From IMG/VR virus record IMGVR_UViG_3300044695_003767: DNA of 64,000 nucleotides. The stretch is one strand, 5' to 3'. Source of the stretch: a virus. The notes under the pieces are model-generated. The model worked only from the letters and a program-made list of their open reading frames with translations, made no database searches and had not been told where the DNA came from. Made by a program: the position numbers and the translations under genes. Positions 27,840 to 36,859 of the stretch are shown here, piece after piece. Each line of letters opens with the position of its first letter. The first letter of the stretch is position 1.

Positions 27840-28011
27840 TAAGGATAAAATATACTACAACGTATGGTCTTGTGCCTATCGTCGTCGATATGCTGCGAAA
27901 CTCAAACAAGACTGGGAATTGTATGATCGTGAACATCAAACTTTACTGATGTGCCTTAAAATAGCAAAGTGGACAACATTTGATACAGAAAAAAGGAATT
28001 ATTTAAAATGA
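27826..28011 (+). CDS. Hypothetical protein
   Basis: ORF track. Confidence 0.6.
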   Translation: MSLSDKDKIYYNVWSCAYRRRYAAKLKQDWELYDREHQTLLMCLKIAKWTTFDTEKRNYLK

Positions 28012-28199
28012 CTTCAACGTTTAAACAAACTTGTGATAAACCTTATGATCACCACGATTATAAGTTGGTTTATGAAGATGGTAAAAAGGTAATCTTTGAT
28101 AATTATGAGGATGTCCAACTGACTTGGTTTCAAAATGGTGGACACTTTTTAAGTCATATTGAAGTTTTGGATAAAAAGAAAAGCAAGGGGTTCAAATGA
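28008..28199 (+). CDS. Conserved cyanophage hypothetical protein
   Basis: FKQTCDKPYDHHDY...KGF. Confidence 0.7.
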   Translation: MTSTFKQTCDKPYDHHDYKLVYEDGKKVIFDNYEDVQLTWFQNGGHFLSHIEVLDKKKSKGFK

Positions 28200-28384
28200 T
28201 GTTTAAATTGTTATGTGAGGACCATCACTACGGGTGGGTGGTGAATAGTCACTATGATTGGGTGAATATGCTCACTAAGATGGAAAAGAAAAAACCACAA
28301 AGATTTGAAGAGTTTCAATACTCAAGAGCAACTATCTACCACTACCTAGATAGAATACAACAGGAGCAAAACCTTTACGACTAA
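28196..28384 (+). CDS. Hypothetical protein
   Basis: Coupled. Confidence 0.6.
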   Translation: MMFKLLCEDHHYGWVVNSHYDWVNMLTKMEKKKPQRFEEFQYSRATIYHYLDRIQQEQNLYD

Positions 28385-28545
28385 TGAACTTTACACCTGA
28401 ACAATATAAACTCATCTACTCTGCCGTGCGAAGGTATCAGTATGATAAGACCGTACTGAACAGTAAAGAGTATCATACCTGCAGTGAGGTACTTGACGAA
28501 CTGTTCGATTCCGTCTATACTCAACGTGTTGAGCAACCTACCTGA
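28384..28545 (+). CDS. Hypothetical protein
   Basis: MNFTPEQYKLIYSAVRRYQ; contains promoter TTGACG-17-TATACT (28493-28521). Confidence 0.6.
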   Translation: MNFTPEQYKLIYSAVRRYQYDKTVLNSKEYHTCSEVLDELFDSVYTQRVEQPT

Positions 28546-28551
28546 TAAATT

Positions 28552-28758
28552 ATGGGACGATCTAAAAAAGTTGAAGAGGTTACTCCAGAATTCAAGTATG
28601 ATATGTTTCCAGTTATCATTGTCCACAAGGATGGTAAAGACCTAAAAGACACTAAGACTTGTTATTTTGACAATGAAGTTAATGCTAACAAGTACATTCA
28701 AAAATCAAAGTTCAAGAAAACCGATTACAAAATTTATATCAAAGGGCAAACAAAATGA
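28552..28758 (+). CDS. Hypothetical protein
   Basis: FP......KTCYF motif. Confidence 0.65.
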   Translation: MGRSKKVEEVTPEFKYDMFPVIIVHKDGKDLKDTKTCYFDNEVNANKYIQKSKFKKTDYKIYIKGQTK

Positions 28759-28934
28759 CGACACGAAATTTTATTGATAAAAACGGAAACTCTTGGGAAT
28801 GGGAAGAAACTCCTGAAACTGTTGAGGCACTCAAACAACTTCATGGAACTGTAAAAAAAGCAAATGAAATTAAGTTTGCTGGTAATTATCCTGGTCCTCT
28901 CTATGCTCCGCATCCAGATATAAAAAATGTCTAA
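28755..28934 (+). CDS. Hypothetical protein
   Basis: MTTRNFIDKNGNSWEWEETPET. Confidence 0.6.
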   Translation: MTTRNFIDKNGNSWEWEETPETVEALKQLHGTVKKANEIKFAGNYPGPLYAPHPDIKNV

Positions 28935-29436
28935 TACAGATTTTAATATTAAAGAATACACAAGGAAAGTATTAAGTGAAGATTTTGTAAAAGAAAATAA
29001 TAAAATTTTTAATTTATCTGATCAAAGTTACAAAGATTTTAAGATAGTAAAAAAATATATTTCATCGTTTCAGCAAAAAAATTTAGAGGATATTTCTTTT
29101 ATTTTTTCTGAAGATGTTGTTTTGATTACTAATGGTCAAAAATTTATTGAACAAAAAAATGTAATTGAACACTTAAAATCTATCATTGACAATTTCAATC
29201 CTAATGAACTACCAATTAAATCTAGAGACAGTTTTATTTCTGTTTCTATGGAACTTGGTGAGATTAAAAAAGATTGCCATGATGACGCAGAAGGTTGTTT
29301 ATTTGCCATTCCTTGGGTGCATTTCTTTTCTTGTAGAATAATTTTAGAATACTATAATATTGAAAATAAATTAGACATCAATCATTCAATTAAGTTTGAT
29401 GATAATGGCAAAATATGTGAAATAATCTTACATTGA
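28927..29436 (+). CDS. SnoaL/NTF2-like protein
   Basis: Y..SF..KNL..I..IFSEDVVL...I.FDDNGKI..I; very AT-rich. Confidence 0.5.
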   Translation: MSNTDFNIKEYTRKVLSEDFVKENNKIFNLSDQSYKDFKIVKKYISSFQQKNLEDISFIFSEDVVLITNGQKFIEQKNVIEHLKSIIDNFNPNELPIKSRDSFISVSMELGEIKKDCHDDAEGCLFAIPWVHFFSCRIILEYYNIENKLDINHSIKFDDNGKICEIILH

Positions 29437-29444
29437 AACATAAT

Positions 29445-29651
29445 ATGGAAAAGAAACTGATTGATGATTGCTTTTATGTGGAGCAAAAAAAGTATGGACT
29501 CTGGTATTCAACTGACAAAGATGGTAACGGACTTATCACATCTCTCACTGAAGAGCAATGTATCCAAGCAACCCGTTTTTATCTTAAAGGACGGCAGGAA
29601 GGTTTCTCTGAATCCAAAACTTATGAAGGTGAGGTAGGTGGAAAACTCTGA
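29445..29651 (+). CDS. Conserved cyanophage hypothetical protein
   Basis: LIDDCFYVE...Y.G.VGGKL. Confidence 0.7.
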   Translation: MEKKLIDDCFYVEQKKYGLWYSTDKDGNGLITSLTEEQCIQATRFYLKGRQEGFSESKTYEGEVGGKL

Positions 29652-29802
29652 TTATCCATATCACGTATTAGATCCTACAACTCCTTGGTATGAGTGGTTG
29701 TGCTACTGTGAAATATGTCATCAGTTAGATATTCAAGGACAACCAAACTGGAATCGTTTTATGAGATATAGAAATTATTTGAAAGAGGTTGGTGTATTAT
29801 GA
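29638..29802 (+). CDS. Hypothetical protein
   Basis: TPWYEWLCYCEIC...RFMRYRNYLK; GTG start. Confidence 0.55.
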   Translation: MENSDYPYHVLDPTTPWYEWLCYCEICHQLDIQGQPNWNRFMRYRNYLKEVGVL

Positions 29803-30020
29803 TTATGACTGATCCTTATTGGTTTCATAAAAAGTGGGGACTTAAACCAGAAGTTCCAATGGATGATGTCTATGATCGTCTGGTTGAACTTGAAGATAAA
29901 GTTAGAAAGTTAGAAGAAGAGAATGTAGAACTAATTAATGAACTTTATCGTATGGAAAATTCTCTTGATGCTCGCATAGATATTCTTGCCGAGCATATGA
30001 GAATTGATTACGATGTATGA
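29799..30020 (+). CDS. Coiled-coil hypothetical protein
   Basis: Heptad pattern. Confidence 0.65.
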   Translation: MIMTDPYWFHKKWGLKPEVPMDDVYDRLVELEDKVRKLEEENVELINELYRMENSLDARIDILAEHMRIDYDV

Positions 30021-30192
30021 TTTAGACGACTTCGAAAAAGCACTTGCACATTTTGGAACCAGAGTTGATATAATCATTGCACTGGAAATGGGAGGAAAAT
30101 TAGATGCTGACATTGCTTACAAAAATATTAAAACTGAACTTAAAGAACTCAAAAGAATCAGAAAGTCTATCAAAAAAGACAAGGATTTGTGA
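30013..30192 (+). CDS. Conserved cyanophage hypothetical protein
   Basis: FEKALAHFGTRVDII.ALEMGGK. Confidence 0.7.
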   Translation: MYDLDDFEKALAHFGTRVDIIIALEMGGKLDADIAYKNIKTELKELKRIRKSIKKDKDL

Positions 30193-30307
30193 TAAATGTG
30201 GTGAAGAAAAACCATTGAATGCTGATAACTTTCAAAAAGTAAAACATTTTCGTGAAGGATACTCTTATTACTGCAATGAATGCTCAAAACCAAAATCCAG
30301 GGAATGA
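30104..30307 (+). CDS. Zn-finger small protein (start uncertain)
   Basis: CDKCGEEKPL...F...Y.CNEC. Confidence 0.5.
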   Translation: MLTLLTKILKLNLKNSKESESLSKKTRICDKCGEEKPLNADNFQKVKHFREGYSYYCNECSKPKSRE

Positions 30308-30458
30308 CTCCCTAAAAATAACACAAAATGAGGATGGATCCTTCACAATGGACTGGGACAAGGAAGACCCAAATTGGAAGTGGCTCAATGGGTTGACTTC
30401 TAAGGAAATTCAGGTTATTATGCAACAAGCAATCGAGGATTATCTCAATGACCTCTGA
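30276..30458 (+). CDS. Hypothetical protein
   Basis: N.DGSFT.DWD..DP.W..LN. Confidence 0.65.
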   Translation: MNAQNQNPGNDSLKITQNEDGSFTMDWDKEDPNWKWLNGLTSKEIQVIMQQAIEDYLNDL

Positions 30459-31047
30459 CTTTGATTATAAAAAGTATTCTCTTGAAAAACTTGAAACTTG
30501 GGTAAGAGATTCTCTGACTAGTGCAGAAGCAAGCCCACAAGAAATATACAATACCATTAAGGGTGTTGTAGATGAAGAATATCATTACTTCAAGCATTAT
30601 ACTGGTCGTTGCTATGAACTTCTTGCTCTTCTGAATGGTAATGGTAAGGGTCATATTACAGCATACGATGAATATGTTGAGAAAAAAGAAAATCTTGTAT
30701 GTGATAAGGAAGATCCATCACCCGAATGTAAAAACTCTTGGACTTCCTTCTGGGAAGAGTATTTTTACCCAGAAGAAGTAAAGGATGATGGTATGCATCC
30801 TTGGGGGCATAGTGATTTGGAATATCAAGGTTCAACTGTGAGTAGTGTAAAACAAGATAAAGTGAAGAAGTGGGTTCTTCCCGTTGAAGTAAGTGATGAT
30901 TTAGAAGATTATATTGTATCTTTCCCTGATGATCTTTTGGAAGCAGCAAATCTTAAAGAAGGAGATCAAGTGGAGTGGGCAGATCAGGGCGATGGGTCTT
31001 ATCTTCTCCGTAAGGTAATACAACCACTGGGAATGGATGACTGTTAA
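30448..31047 (+). CDS. Protein with C-terminal AbrB/MazE-like domain
   Basis: YIVSFPDDLLEAANLKEGDQVEW...DGSYLLRK. Confidence 0.65.
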   Translation: MTSDFDYKKYSLEKLETWVRDSLTSAEASPQEIYNTIKGVVDEEYHYFKHYTGRCYELLALLNGNGKGHITAYDEYVEKKENLVCDKEDPSPECKNSWTSFWEEYFYPEEVKDDGMHPWGHSDLEYQGSTVSSVKQDKVKKWVLPVEVSDDLEDYIVSFPDDLLEAANLKEGDQVEWADQGDGSYLLRKVIQPLGMDDC

Positions 31048-31241
31048 TGTTTGAATTTTTATTATGTGGGTATAATATAGTTTGCCATCTTAATACTATT
31101 GAATCAAAAATCAATAATTCAAAATATCAAAAAGATGTAGAACAACTCTGTTACTACTTTGAAGGGCAAGATGTAAATTTACCTGATTATTGTTTTTATA
31201 AACCTGAAATTAAAAAACCTAGAAGGAGAAGTGAATTCTAA
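31047..31241 (+). CDS. Hypothetical protein
   Basis: TAATG-coupled at both ends. Confidence 0.55.
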   Translation: MFEFLLCGYNIVCHLNTIESKINNSKYQKDVEQLCYYFEGQDVNLPDYCFYKPEIKKPRRRSEF

Positions 31242-31465
31242 TGGCACTATCACAATCTGTTGAAGAGTCTTTGAAAGAAGCAGAAGCAGCACTACGCAAT
31301 GCACTAGCATATGCTGCACGTCAAGAACGCCCGATGGTTTGCAGTGTGATCGCAGATCTTATCAGTCGCATTGAATCATTGCAAAGCACTGAGGCAATTC
31401 TTGATAAGTTAGAGAACCGTAAATCGGGAGACTCTGGATTTTTTGGAAATATTTTTGGAGAATAA
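31241..31465 (+). CDS. Conserved cyanophage hypothetical protein
   Basis: MALSQSVEESLKEAE..LRNALAYAARQERP. Confidence 0.75.
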   Translation: MALSQSVEESLKEAEAALRNALAYAARQERPMVCSVIADLISRIESLQSTEAILDKLENRKSGDSGFFGNIFGE

Positions 31466-31821
31466 TGACTGAACCCAACGAACTTGGTAAAGCACTACAA
31501 GAATGGTGGGATTCTGATGCCTGCAAACAACTTCAGAAAGATCTTGAGGAAGGAAAACAACGTGCAGTAGGAAAGTATTTTATGCTTTCCGAAGAGGACA
31601 AACTTGATATGGTTCAGGCAATCTGCTACATTATGTGTAAGGCAGAAAGTGAAGGAACCAGTCATCGTGGTCTTCAAGATACACTGGGAATCTATCCTGC
31701 TGGTTTCTGGATTGATAATCTTATGGATGTTCATAATGCTCTTTGGTCTTACTATCACGACCAAAAAAAGGAAAAAGAACTTAAAGATGACCTAGACAAC
31801 CTTGAAGATTTCATTAAGTAA
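31465..31821 (+). CDS. Hypothetical protein
   Basis: Coupled. Confidence 0.7.
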   Translation: MTEPNELGKALQEWWDSDACKQLQKDLEEGKQRAVGKYFMLSEEDKLDMVQAICYIMCKAESEGTSHRGLQDTLGIYPAGFWIDNLMDVHNALWSYYHDQKKEKELKDDLDNLEDFIK

Positions 31822-31905
31822 TGTAACGTGATCCCAAAGAAAACATTAAGTTTCTAGATAGTAATGTATTGAAATGCTAATATTGGGAAATATCGCAAGA
31901 AACCT

Positions 31906-32082
31906 ATGACTCTAGCAAAAACTGGCACCGAAGTTCTTACAAAAGAAGAGTGGAATGAACTTGTTGCACTTAAGGACGCAATCACCTATGCTCCACAGAC
32001 AGTTTCTGCTGAAAAAATGGAAAAATTTGCAGAATTGATGGTTAGATCTCTTGAAGGTAAAGGTGATTGCACTCCACGGTAA
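31906..32082 (+). CDS. Small hypothetical protein (cyanobacterial-like)
   Basis: LT.EEW.EL.ALK.AI...P..V...KME.FAELMVRSLEGKGD. Confidence 0.65.
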   Translation: MTLAKTGTEVLTKEEWNELVALKDAITYAPQTVSAEKMEKFAELMVRSLEGKGDCTPR

Positions 32083-32109
32083 AATAAATACAACAACCGA
32101 TATAAAAAG

Positions 32110-32322
32110 ATGGATAATATTAATCAACATATTCAGAAAGATGAAGAGATTCTGAATGATCCAATGATTTCTCCACAAGCAAGGAGACATACTGAAGAAG
32201 AATTAGAAGCATTGAAGGCATATAAGGAAAATCACCCACAAGATTCTCACGATCCCACACCATTGGAACTTTATTGTGATACTCATCCTGATGCACCAGA
32301 ATGCAGAGTCTATGAGGATTGA
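32110..32322 (+). CDS. cp12: CP12 Calvin-cycle inhibitor (phage type)
   Basis: C-terminal LELYCDTHPDAPECRVYED; the N-terminal Cys pair is absent, as in cyanophage CP12. Confidence 0.92.
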   Translation: MDNINQHIQKDEEILNDPMISPQARRHTEEELEALKAYKENHPQDSHDPTPLELYCDTHPDAPECRVYED

Positions 32323-32380
32323 GGACAGTTAGTAAACTGGCACACAGAGGGTTCTCAGGGCACTGGGGACCCCTTATAAT
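32322..32380 (+). promoter_or_regulatory. Palindrome-type early promoter
   Basis: aggacagt-N6-actggcac, 31 nt, TATAAT. Confidence 0.75.
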
Positions 32381-32405
32381 ATGTGGGTAATCAACAAATG
32401 CCCCA

Positions 32406-32792
32406 ATGGCAACTCGTTCCCGCATCGGTCTTGAACTTGCTGATGGTTCTATCCTGTCTGCCTATCACCACTGGGATGGATATGAGTCTTGGTTGGGTCG
32501 CATTCTTCGCACCCACTACAACAGCAAAGAACTTGCTGCCGAACTGATTGATGGTGGTGATATGAGCACCTGCTGGAATGATGACAATCAACCTGAGTAT
32601 TATAGTGCTCGCGGTGAGAATTGCCCTCCTCGCCTTGATGCTGACTTGTGCGAATATCTTCTGCCTGATAATAGCGAAGAGTATGCATATGTCTTCCGCA
32701 GTGGTGAATGGGTCTGCTATAATATGCATCAGTTTGATGATAGCAAACTGCCCGAAGTTGTTGAAATCCCCTCTGCTGCCCTTGCTGTTTAA
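32406..32792 (+). CDS. Conserved phage hypothetical protein
   Basis: MATRSRIG...Y.HWDGY...GGDMS...EEYAYVF. Confidence 0.75.
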   Translation: MATRSRIGLELADGSILSAYHHWDGYESWLGRILRTHYNSKELAAELIDGGDMSTCWNDDNQPEYYSARGENCPPRLDADLCEYLLPDNSEEYAYVFRSGEWVCYNMHQFDDSKLPEVVEIPSAALAV

Positions 32793-32807
32793 TTTTTGAG
32801 GTAAATT

Positions 32808-33212
32808 ATGAAACCCGACAATACTCTTCGTAACGCTAGTATCATTGGCGTTTCTTTTCTTTTGAGTCTGATGATTATCAATGCAGTTGTTGGACCTCTC
32901 TATAATGTGTGGGCACAATCTTTGCAAGGTAAAGCTGAACTGCAAAAAGCAGAATATACACGACAGGTTGCAGTGCTGGAAGCACAAGCAAAGAAAGATA
33001 GTGCCCAACAACTTGCTGATGCTGAAGTGATTCGTGCTCAAGGTGTTGCTAAAGCAAACCAAATCATTGGTAATTCGCTGAAGGACAATCGTGAGTATCT
33101 CCAGTATCTGTATATCACTGGTCTTGAAGAAGGTTCTAACAAAGGTAATGTGACCATCTATGTTCCTACTGAAGGTGGGATGCCTGTCCCTACATTGCAA
33201 ATGAATAAGTGA
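32808..33212 (+). CDS. Membrane-anchored coiled-coil protein (SPFH/prohibitin C-terminal-like)
   Basis: TM, AEA-rich helix, YLQYL, IYVPTE..MP. Confidence 0.6.
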   Translation: MKPDNTLRNASIIGVSFLLSLMIINAVVGPLYNVWAQSLQGKAELQKAEYTRQVAVLEAQAKKDSAQQLADAEVIRAQGVAKANQIIGNSLKDNREYLQYLYITGLEEGSNKGNVTIYVPTEGGMPVPTLQMNK

Positions 33213-33446
33213 CGGTTTAAAAACTGGTACAAGACCCACCCAAAAGGTGGGTTTTCTGCTATAATATTCTTGTAATTGAGGGTTTCTTATGGATCTGTCT
33301 GAACTGATTGAAGAACTGCGGGAAATCGAAATCTATGGTTCTGAACCAGCAGATTGGATGGGATTCCTGGGTGATGACGACTCCTGGGTGCCAGATCATG
33401 AACTGGCATACTGACCCTCAGAGACCCCTCTAGGATGCCCTATAAT
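33209..33446 (+). promoter_or_regulatory. Two tandem palindrome-type early promoters
   Basis: Palindromes at 33209 and 33388; TATAAT at 33260 and 33441. Confidence 0.7.
33289..33414 (+). CDS. Small acidic protein
   Basis: MDLSELIEELREIEIYGSEPADWMG...; has its own promoter. Confidence 0.55.
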   Translation: MDLSELIEELREIEIYGSEPADWMGFLGDDDSWVPDHELAY

Positions 33447-33467
33447 AAGCACATACGCAACCAACCG

Positions 33468-33818
33468 ATGACTGCCACCTTTGCCGACTACGTTGCCCAG
33501 CAAGACGCAAGGAACACTATTCAGTTGAATGTTACCAAGTGGACTTTGATGCTGTGTGATGCTCTCCGTGATAATGGTCCCGATGATTATGACTTTACCT
33601 TTGAGTCTGGTCGTAAGTATCACAAAATCATTATGATTGATTCTGCTGGTGGACGTAGTGTTCACGCATTTGTGGATCGTAAGACTGGTGAAGTCTACAA
33701 ATCTGCATCTTGGAAGTCTCCTGCCAAAGGTGTTCGATATGATCTTCGCATCATTGAGCAACGTGAATGGTTGCTTGAAAATGCAGACTGGGCAGGTTCT
33801 TATTTGTACGCAAAGTGA
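33468..33818 (+). CDS. Conserved phage hypothetical protein
   Basis: GRKYHKI...SVHAFVD.KTGEVYKSASWKSPAKGVRY. Confidence 0.8.
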   Translation: MTATFADYVAQQDARNTIQLNVTKWTLMLCDALRDNGPDDYDFTFESGRKYHKIIMIDSAGGRSVHAFVDRKTGEVYKSASWKSPAKGVRYDLRIIEQREWLLENADWAGSYLYAK

Positions 33819-33826
33819 TTAGCACA

Positions 33827-34054
33827 ATGAACGACACAATTAACGAACTGACCGTCACTAAGTCTCTCCGTCTTCTGTGTAACGGTTTCAAATCAGAGTT
33901 TGCCACATCTGTGTTTGCAGATGAACGAACGATTGAACTTTTGAGTCAACTTGCAAGTGAGTTTGTGGATGCAAACATTCCTGTCGTTGATGATCATAAT
34001 CAAATGGAACTTGCTATGATGCTACTGGAATCTCTGGATATTATTGCTCGATGA
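33827..34054 (+). CDS. Hypothetical protein
   Basis: ORF track. Confidence 0.65.
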   Translation: MNDTINELTVTKSLRLLCNGFKSEFATSVFADERTIELLSQLASEFVDANIPVVDDHNQMELAMMLLESLDIIAR

Positions 34055-34112
34055 CTGCTAGAGACAAACTCATCTTCATCTCTTCGTTCATTTATTTCTT
34101 GCACTGGGGGCA

Positions 34113-34589
34113 ATGTCTTACTTTGAAATGTCTGGATATGGTTACTCTAAACGTACCTGTCAGGATGTTACCACTTGGTTTCTGAATAAGTTCCTTCCAC
34201 GCCATAAGATTGAGGTGGAGATTCGTCACCGTGGTCTGCGTCGTGAACAAGTTTATGGTTACTGTGATTATGTGGGAGAATCTTATCGTCCTCGTGAGTT
34301 TTTGATTGAACTCAACACCTATATGTGTGAGGAGTTGTATATAAAAACTCTTTTACACGAACTGGTCCACCTGCGGCAGTGGGTAGTCGGTTCACTGCGG
34401 GTCCGTCGTGGAAAAATGTGTTATGGTAAACAATGTGTTGAAGATTATGAGTATTGGTATCAGCCCCACGAAATAGAGGCACGGGAGCAAGAAGAAACCC
34501 TATATCTTGAGTACCTAATTGAGAAGCAAGGTGTGCCAGATCCCAAAGTGGCACAGTTCTTCCCGAACCGCCTGCTGCAGGCAGTATAA
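34113..34589 (+). CDS. SprT-like zinc metallopeptidase
   Basis: TLLHELVH..Q...Y..QPHEIEA. Confidence 0.7.
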   Translation: MSYFEMSGYGYSKRTCQDVTTWFLNKFLPRHKIEVEIRHRGLRREQVYGYCDYVGESYRPREFLIELNTYMCEELYIKTLLHELVHLRQWVVGSLRVRRGKMCYGKQCVEDYEYWYQPHEIEAREQEETLYLEYLIEKQGVPDPKVAQFFPNRLLQAV

Positions 34590-34614
34590 TACAAAGGTAA
34601 TCAAGGGAACCACG

Positions 34615-34776
34615 ATGGTCACCGACACAACGCAAGATCAACAGATCCGCCGCACCATTCAGAAAACGATTGAAAATGAAATGCCTCTTCAACTTCTGAA
34701 GCGTATTGTTTATGAGGTGCGCTGTGAAGAACTGGGCATCCGCCCCGATGGTTGGAAACTTTATCCCGAAAACTGA
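34615..34776 (+). CDS. Hypothetical protein
   Basis: After palindrome promoter 34533-34590. Confidence 0.6.
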   Translation: MVTDTTQDQQIRRTIQKTIENEMPLQLLKRIVYEVRCEELGIRPDGWKLYPEN

Positions 34777-34787
34777 GGAGAAATTAA

Positions 34788-34949
34788 ATGAGTCATTACT
34801 GGACTACAAAACTGAATAATGCAACCAGTCGTCGTTTGGAAAAACTTGAAAAAGAAAACGTTCTAATCAATACAAATACTCATCAAGGACGCAAAGTAAT
34901 CGGTTACAATTATCTTGAACTTGTATTTGAAGAATCTAACGAAGAATGA
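34788..34949 (+). CDS. Hypothetical protein
   Basis: RBS GAGGAG; coupled to the next ORF. Confidence 0.55.
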   Translation: MSHYWTTKLNNATSRRLEKLEKENVLINTNTHQGRKVIGYNYLELVFEESNEE

Positions 34950-35260
34950 TTGAAACTTTGATTGCTGGTCTAACCTGTGGTATTGCTACATTTTATGGAA
35001 TGGGTGATGGTTTCCACGGGCAACGCACTGCAAATGGAGAACGATTTAATGCTTATCGTTGGACTGCTGCTCACCCTTACCTTGCTATGGGAAGTAAAAT
35101 TAGGGTTACAAATCAAGACAATGGGAAACAAGTAATTGTAAGAGTTAATGATCGTGGACCCTATTCCCACGCTGACCTGGATCTAAGTTATGCTGCATTT
35201 TCTCATATTGAATCAACTAATAAAGGAAATGCTACTGTTTGTTGGAGAGTAATTGGATGA
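34946..35260 (+). CDS. RlpA-like double-psi beta-barrel (lytic transglycosylase family) protein
   Basis: ATFYG..FHG.RTANGERFN...TAAH..L..G...RVTN..NGK.V.VRVNDRGP...DLS.AAF. Confidence 0.9.
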   Translation: MIETLIAGLTCGIATFYGMGDGFHGQRTANGERFNAYRWTAAHPYLAMGSKIRVTNQDNGKQVIVRVNDRGPYSHADLDLSYAAFSHIESTNKGNATVCWRVIG

Positions 35261-35628
35261 AAAAACTTCTTCTTGCTGCTGCAATTTTTATCTCTTTTCC
35301 TGCCTTTGCTCAAGAAATTAAAACATATCGACCATTTCGATATGAAACACCCTGCCTCTTGGAGCAAGGTATTCAAACCTATCCCGATACCTGTGTAGTA
35401 ATTGAAACTAGAGAAAAAGGTGGAGCACTTCGCACCCGCAACATTTACTCCAACAAATATGCTCTTACTATCAAAGGAAGATTTGATAAGGAGAAAGGAT
35501 ATATGACCTGGGATAGCCATAATAAGTTTGAATACAAGTGGGATTATAAAGTTGGTGGAAATGATGGTCTTGGTGTCTGGACTTATGTGATGCCTGGTTT
35601 TCTTGTTCAAAATGTATCTTGGGACTAA
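35257..35628 (+). CDS. Secreted hypothetical protein
   Basis: Signal peptide MKKLLLAAAIFISFPAFA. Confidence 0.7.
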   Translation: MKKLLLAAAIFISFPAFAQEIKTYRPFRYETPCLLEQGIQTYPDTCVVIETREKGGALRTRNIYSNKYALTIKGRFDKEKGYMTWDSHNKFEYKWDYKVGGNDGLGVWTYVMPGFLVQNVSWD

Positions 35629-35837
35629 TGACAATGACTGAAACAAATGTACAACTGAATGTTCAAGAAATTGGTATAATTCTATCCGCACTTCAATTGC
35701 TTGAGATTAGGGAAGAAAACCGAATCGCAAGGGAGTATGGAAGTGTGCCAGCACTGTATAATAAACTTTATACGGTCTTTGAGCAAATGGACACTTCGCA
35801 AACTGGTCTACGGTACGACGTGGTGCCGTCCTTCTGA
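35628..35837 (+). CDS. Hypothetical protein
   Basis: Coupled. Confidence 0.6.
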   Translation: MTMTETNVQLNVQEIGIILSALQLLEIREENRIAREYGSVPALYNKLYTVFEQMDTSQTGLRYDVVPSF

Positions 35838-35869
35838 CCTATAATACAAAGGTAATCGGGACACACCCA

Positions 35870-36118
35870 ATGCAACTGTCTACCTTCTCCAAGATCGACG
35901 GCAAACCCTCTATGGTCGTTGATTACTTCCCTGTCAAGAACAGTACCAAGTTTATGTTCAAGGTGCTCAAGTTTCAAGGTGTTGATACGATGTCCTACAA
36001 GTGCATCACCAAACGTGACTTTGAACGTGAAATGAATGAACGCATTGGTATGGGTTGGGAAGTGACTGGTTTCAACACTGAAGAGAAAAATGTCAACCCG
36101 ATGGCAGGTGCAGTTTGA
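35870..36118 (+). CDS. Hypothetical protein
   Basis: After palindrome promoter 35788-35845. Confidence 0.7.
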   Translation: MQLSTFSKIDGKPSMVVDYFPVKNSTKFMFKVLKFQGVDTMSYKCITKRDFEREMNERIGMGWEVTGFNTEEKNVNPMAGAV

Positions 36119-36264
36119 TGAAACTACGTTATCTTGTTTTGGGTGGAATTGGGTGCATAATTGGATTGAATGTGTTTCTCATCCAACGTGATGCAGAACT
36201 GTTCAAGGCATATGATGCCTGCACTCAGTCCACTCAACATCCCGATTGCCCGTATAAAAAATGA
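36118..36264 (+). CDS. Small membrane protein
   Basis: TM plus RD..LF.AY...HPDC; coupled. Confidence 0.55.
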   Translation: MKLRYLVLGGIGCIIGLNVFLIQRDAELFKAYDACTQSTQHPDCPYKK

Positions 36265-36443
36265 ACGACGAAGACATCAAACAATTTATGACTGCCTTTG
36301 AGGATTTTATGCAACACTCCGAAATCAAACAATTCAATCATAATGCCTGGACTGCTGCTAAGCAATATACTGATCATTACTATGAACAAAAAGCTGCAGA
36401 ACTAGAGGTGACTGTCGATTATTATATTCAAGAGTTTGTATGA
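36261..36443 (+). CDS. Hypothetical protein
   Basis: E.KAAELEVTVDYY..EF. Confidence 0.7.
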   Translation: MNDEDIKQFMTAFEDFMQHSEIKQFNHNAWTAAKQYTDHYYEQKAAELEVTVDYYIQEFV

Positions 36444-36610
36444 ATGAGCAAACCAAATTGATTCTAGCACTAATGCAGATTGATAATCTTACCTCTCTGA
36501 CTGAAGGTAATGAGTATCAAAAATTCCTGTATTCTCATTTAATTCAAATTCAAGTTGAACTACAACGTCAGTTGACAAATCTGAATCATTCATCTAAAAT
36601 TAAGGAGTAA
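36440..36610 (+). CDS. Hypothetical protein
   Basis: Coupled; contains promoter TTGACA-17-TAAAAT (36572-36600). Confidence 0.6.
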   Translation: MNEQTKLILALMQIDNLTSLTEGNEYQKFLYSHLIQIQVELQRQLTNLNHSSKIKE

Positions 36611-36623
36611 TTTTTCAAAAGAA

Positions 36624-36854
36624 ATGAAATCACTTTATATCGTTGATTACTGGGTGCCGTTTCCTTCAAGTGAGTATGGTGGTGTAATCAATCTAATTGC
36701 TGAGTCTGATACTGAAGCATTTTCTATTTTGTCGCAGTCAAGTATCTATGATGAAAATTATATTGATCGCATTATGCCCAATGTAGTCAGTGCCCAGAAG
36801 TTTTCTCTTGTAGATGAGTATGAGTCTGGCATCATTGATTCATTTACTACCTGA
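36624..36854 (+). CDS. Conserved cyanophage hypothetical protein
   Basis: YIVDYWVPFPSSEYGG. Confidence 0.75.
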   Translation: MKSLYIVDYWVPFPSSEYGGVINLIAESDTEAFSILSQSSIYDENYIDRIMPNVVSAQKFSLVDEYESGIIDSFTT

Positions 36855-36859
36855 GAACT

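Noticed and set aside
31820-31870. NtcA or Pho box upstream of the 31906/cp12 genes
   Set aside because: No GTA-N8-TAC and no convincing 11-bp-spaced direct repeats.
32391-33239. 282-aa minus-strand ORF (and similar ones at 23651, 26108, 44221)
   Set aside because: Antisense to well-formed + strand genes; no recognisable protein features.
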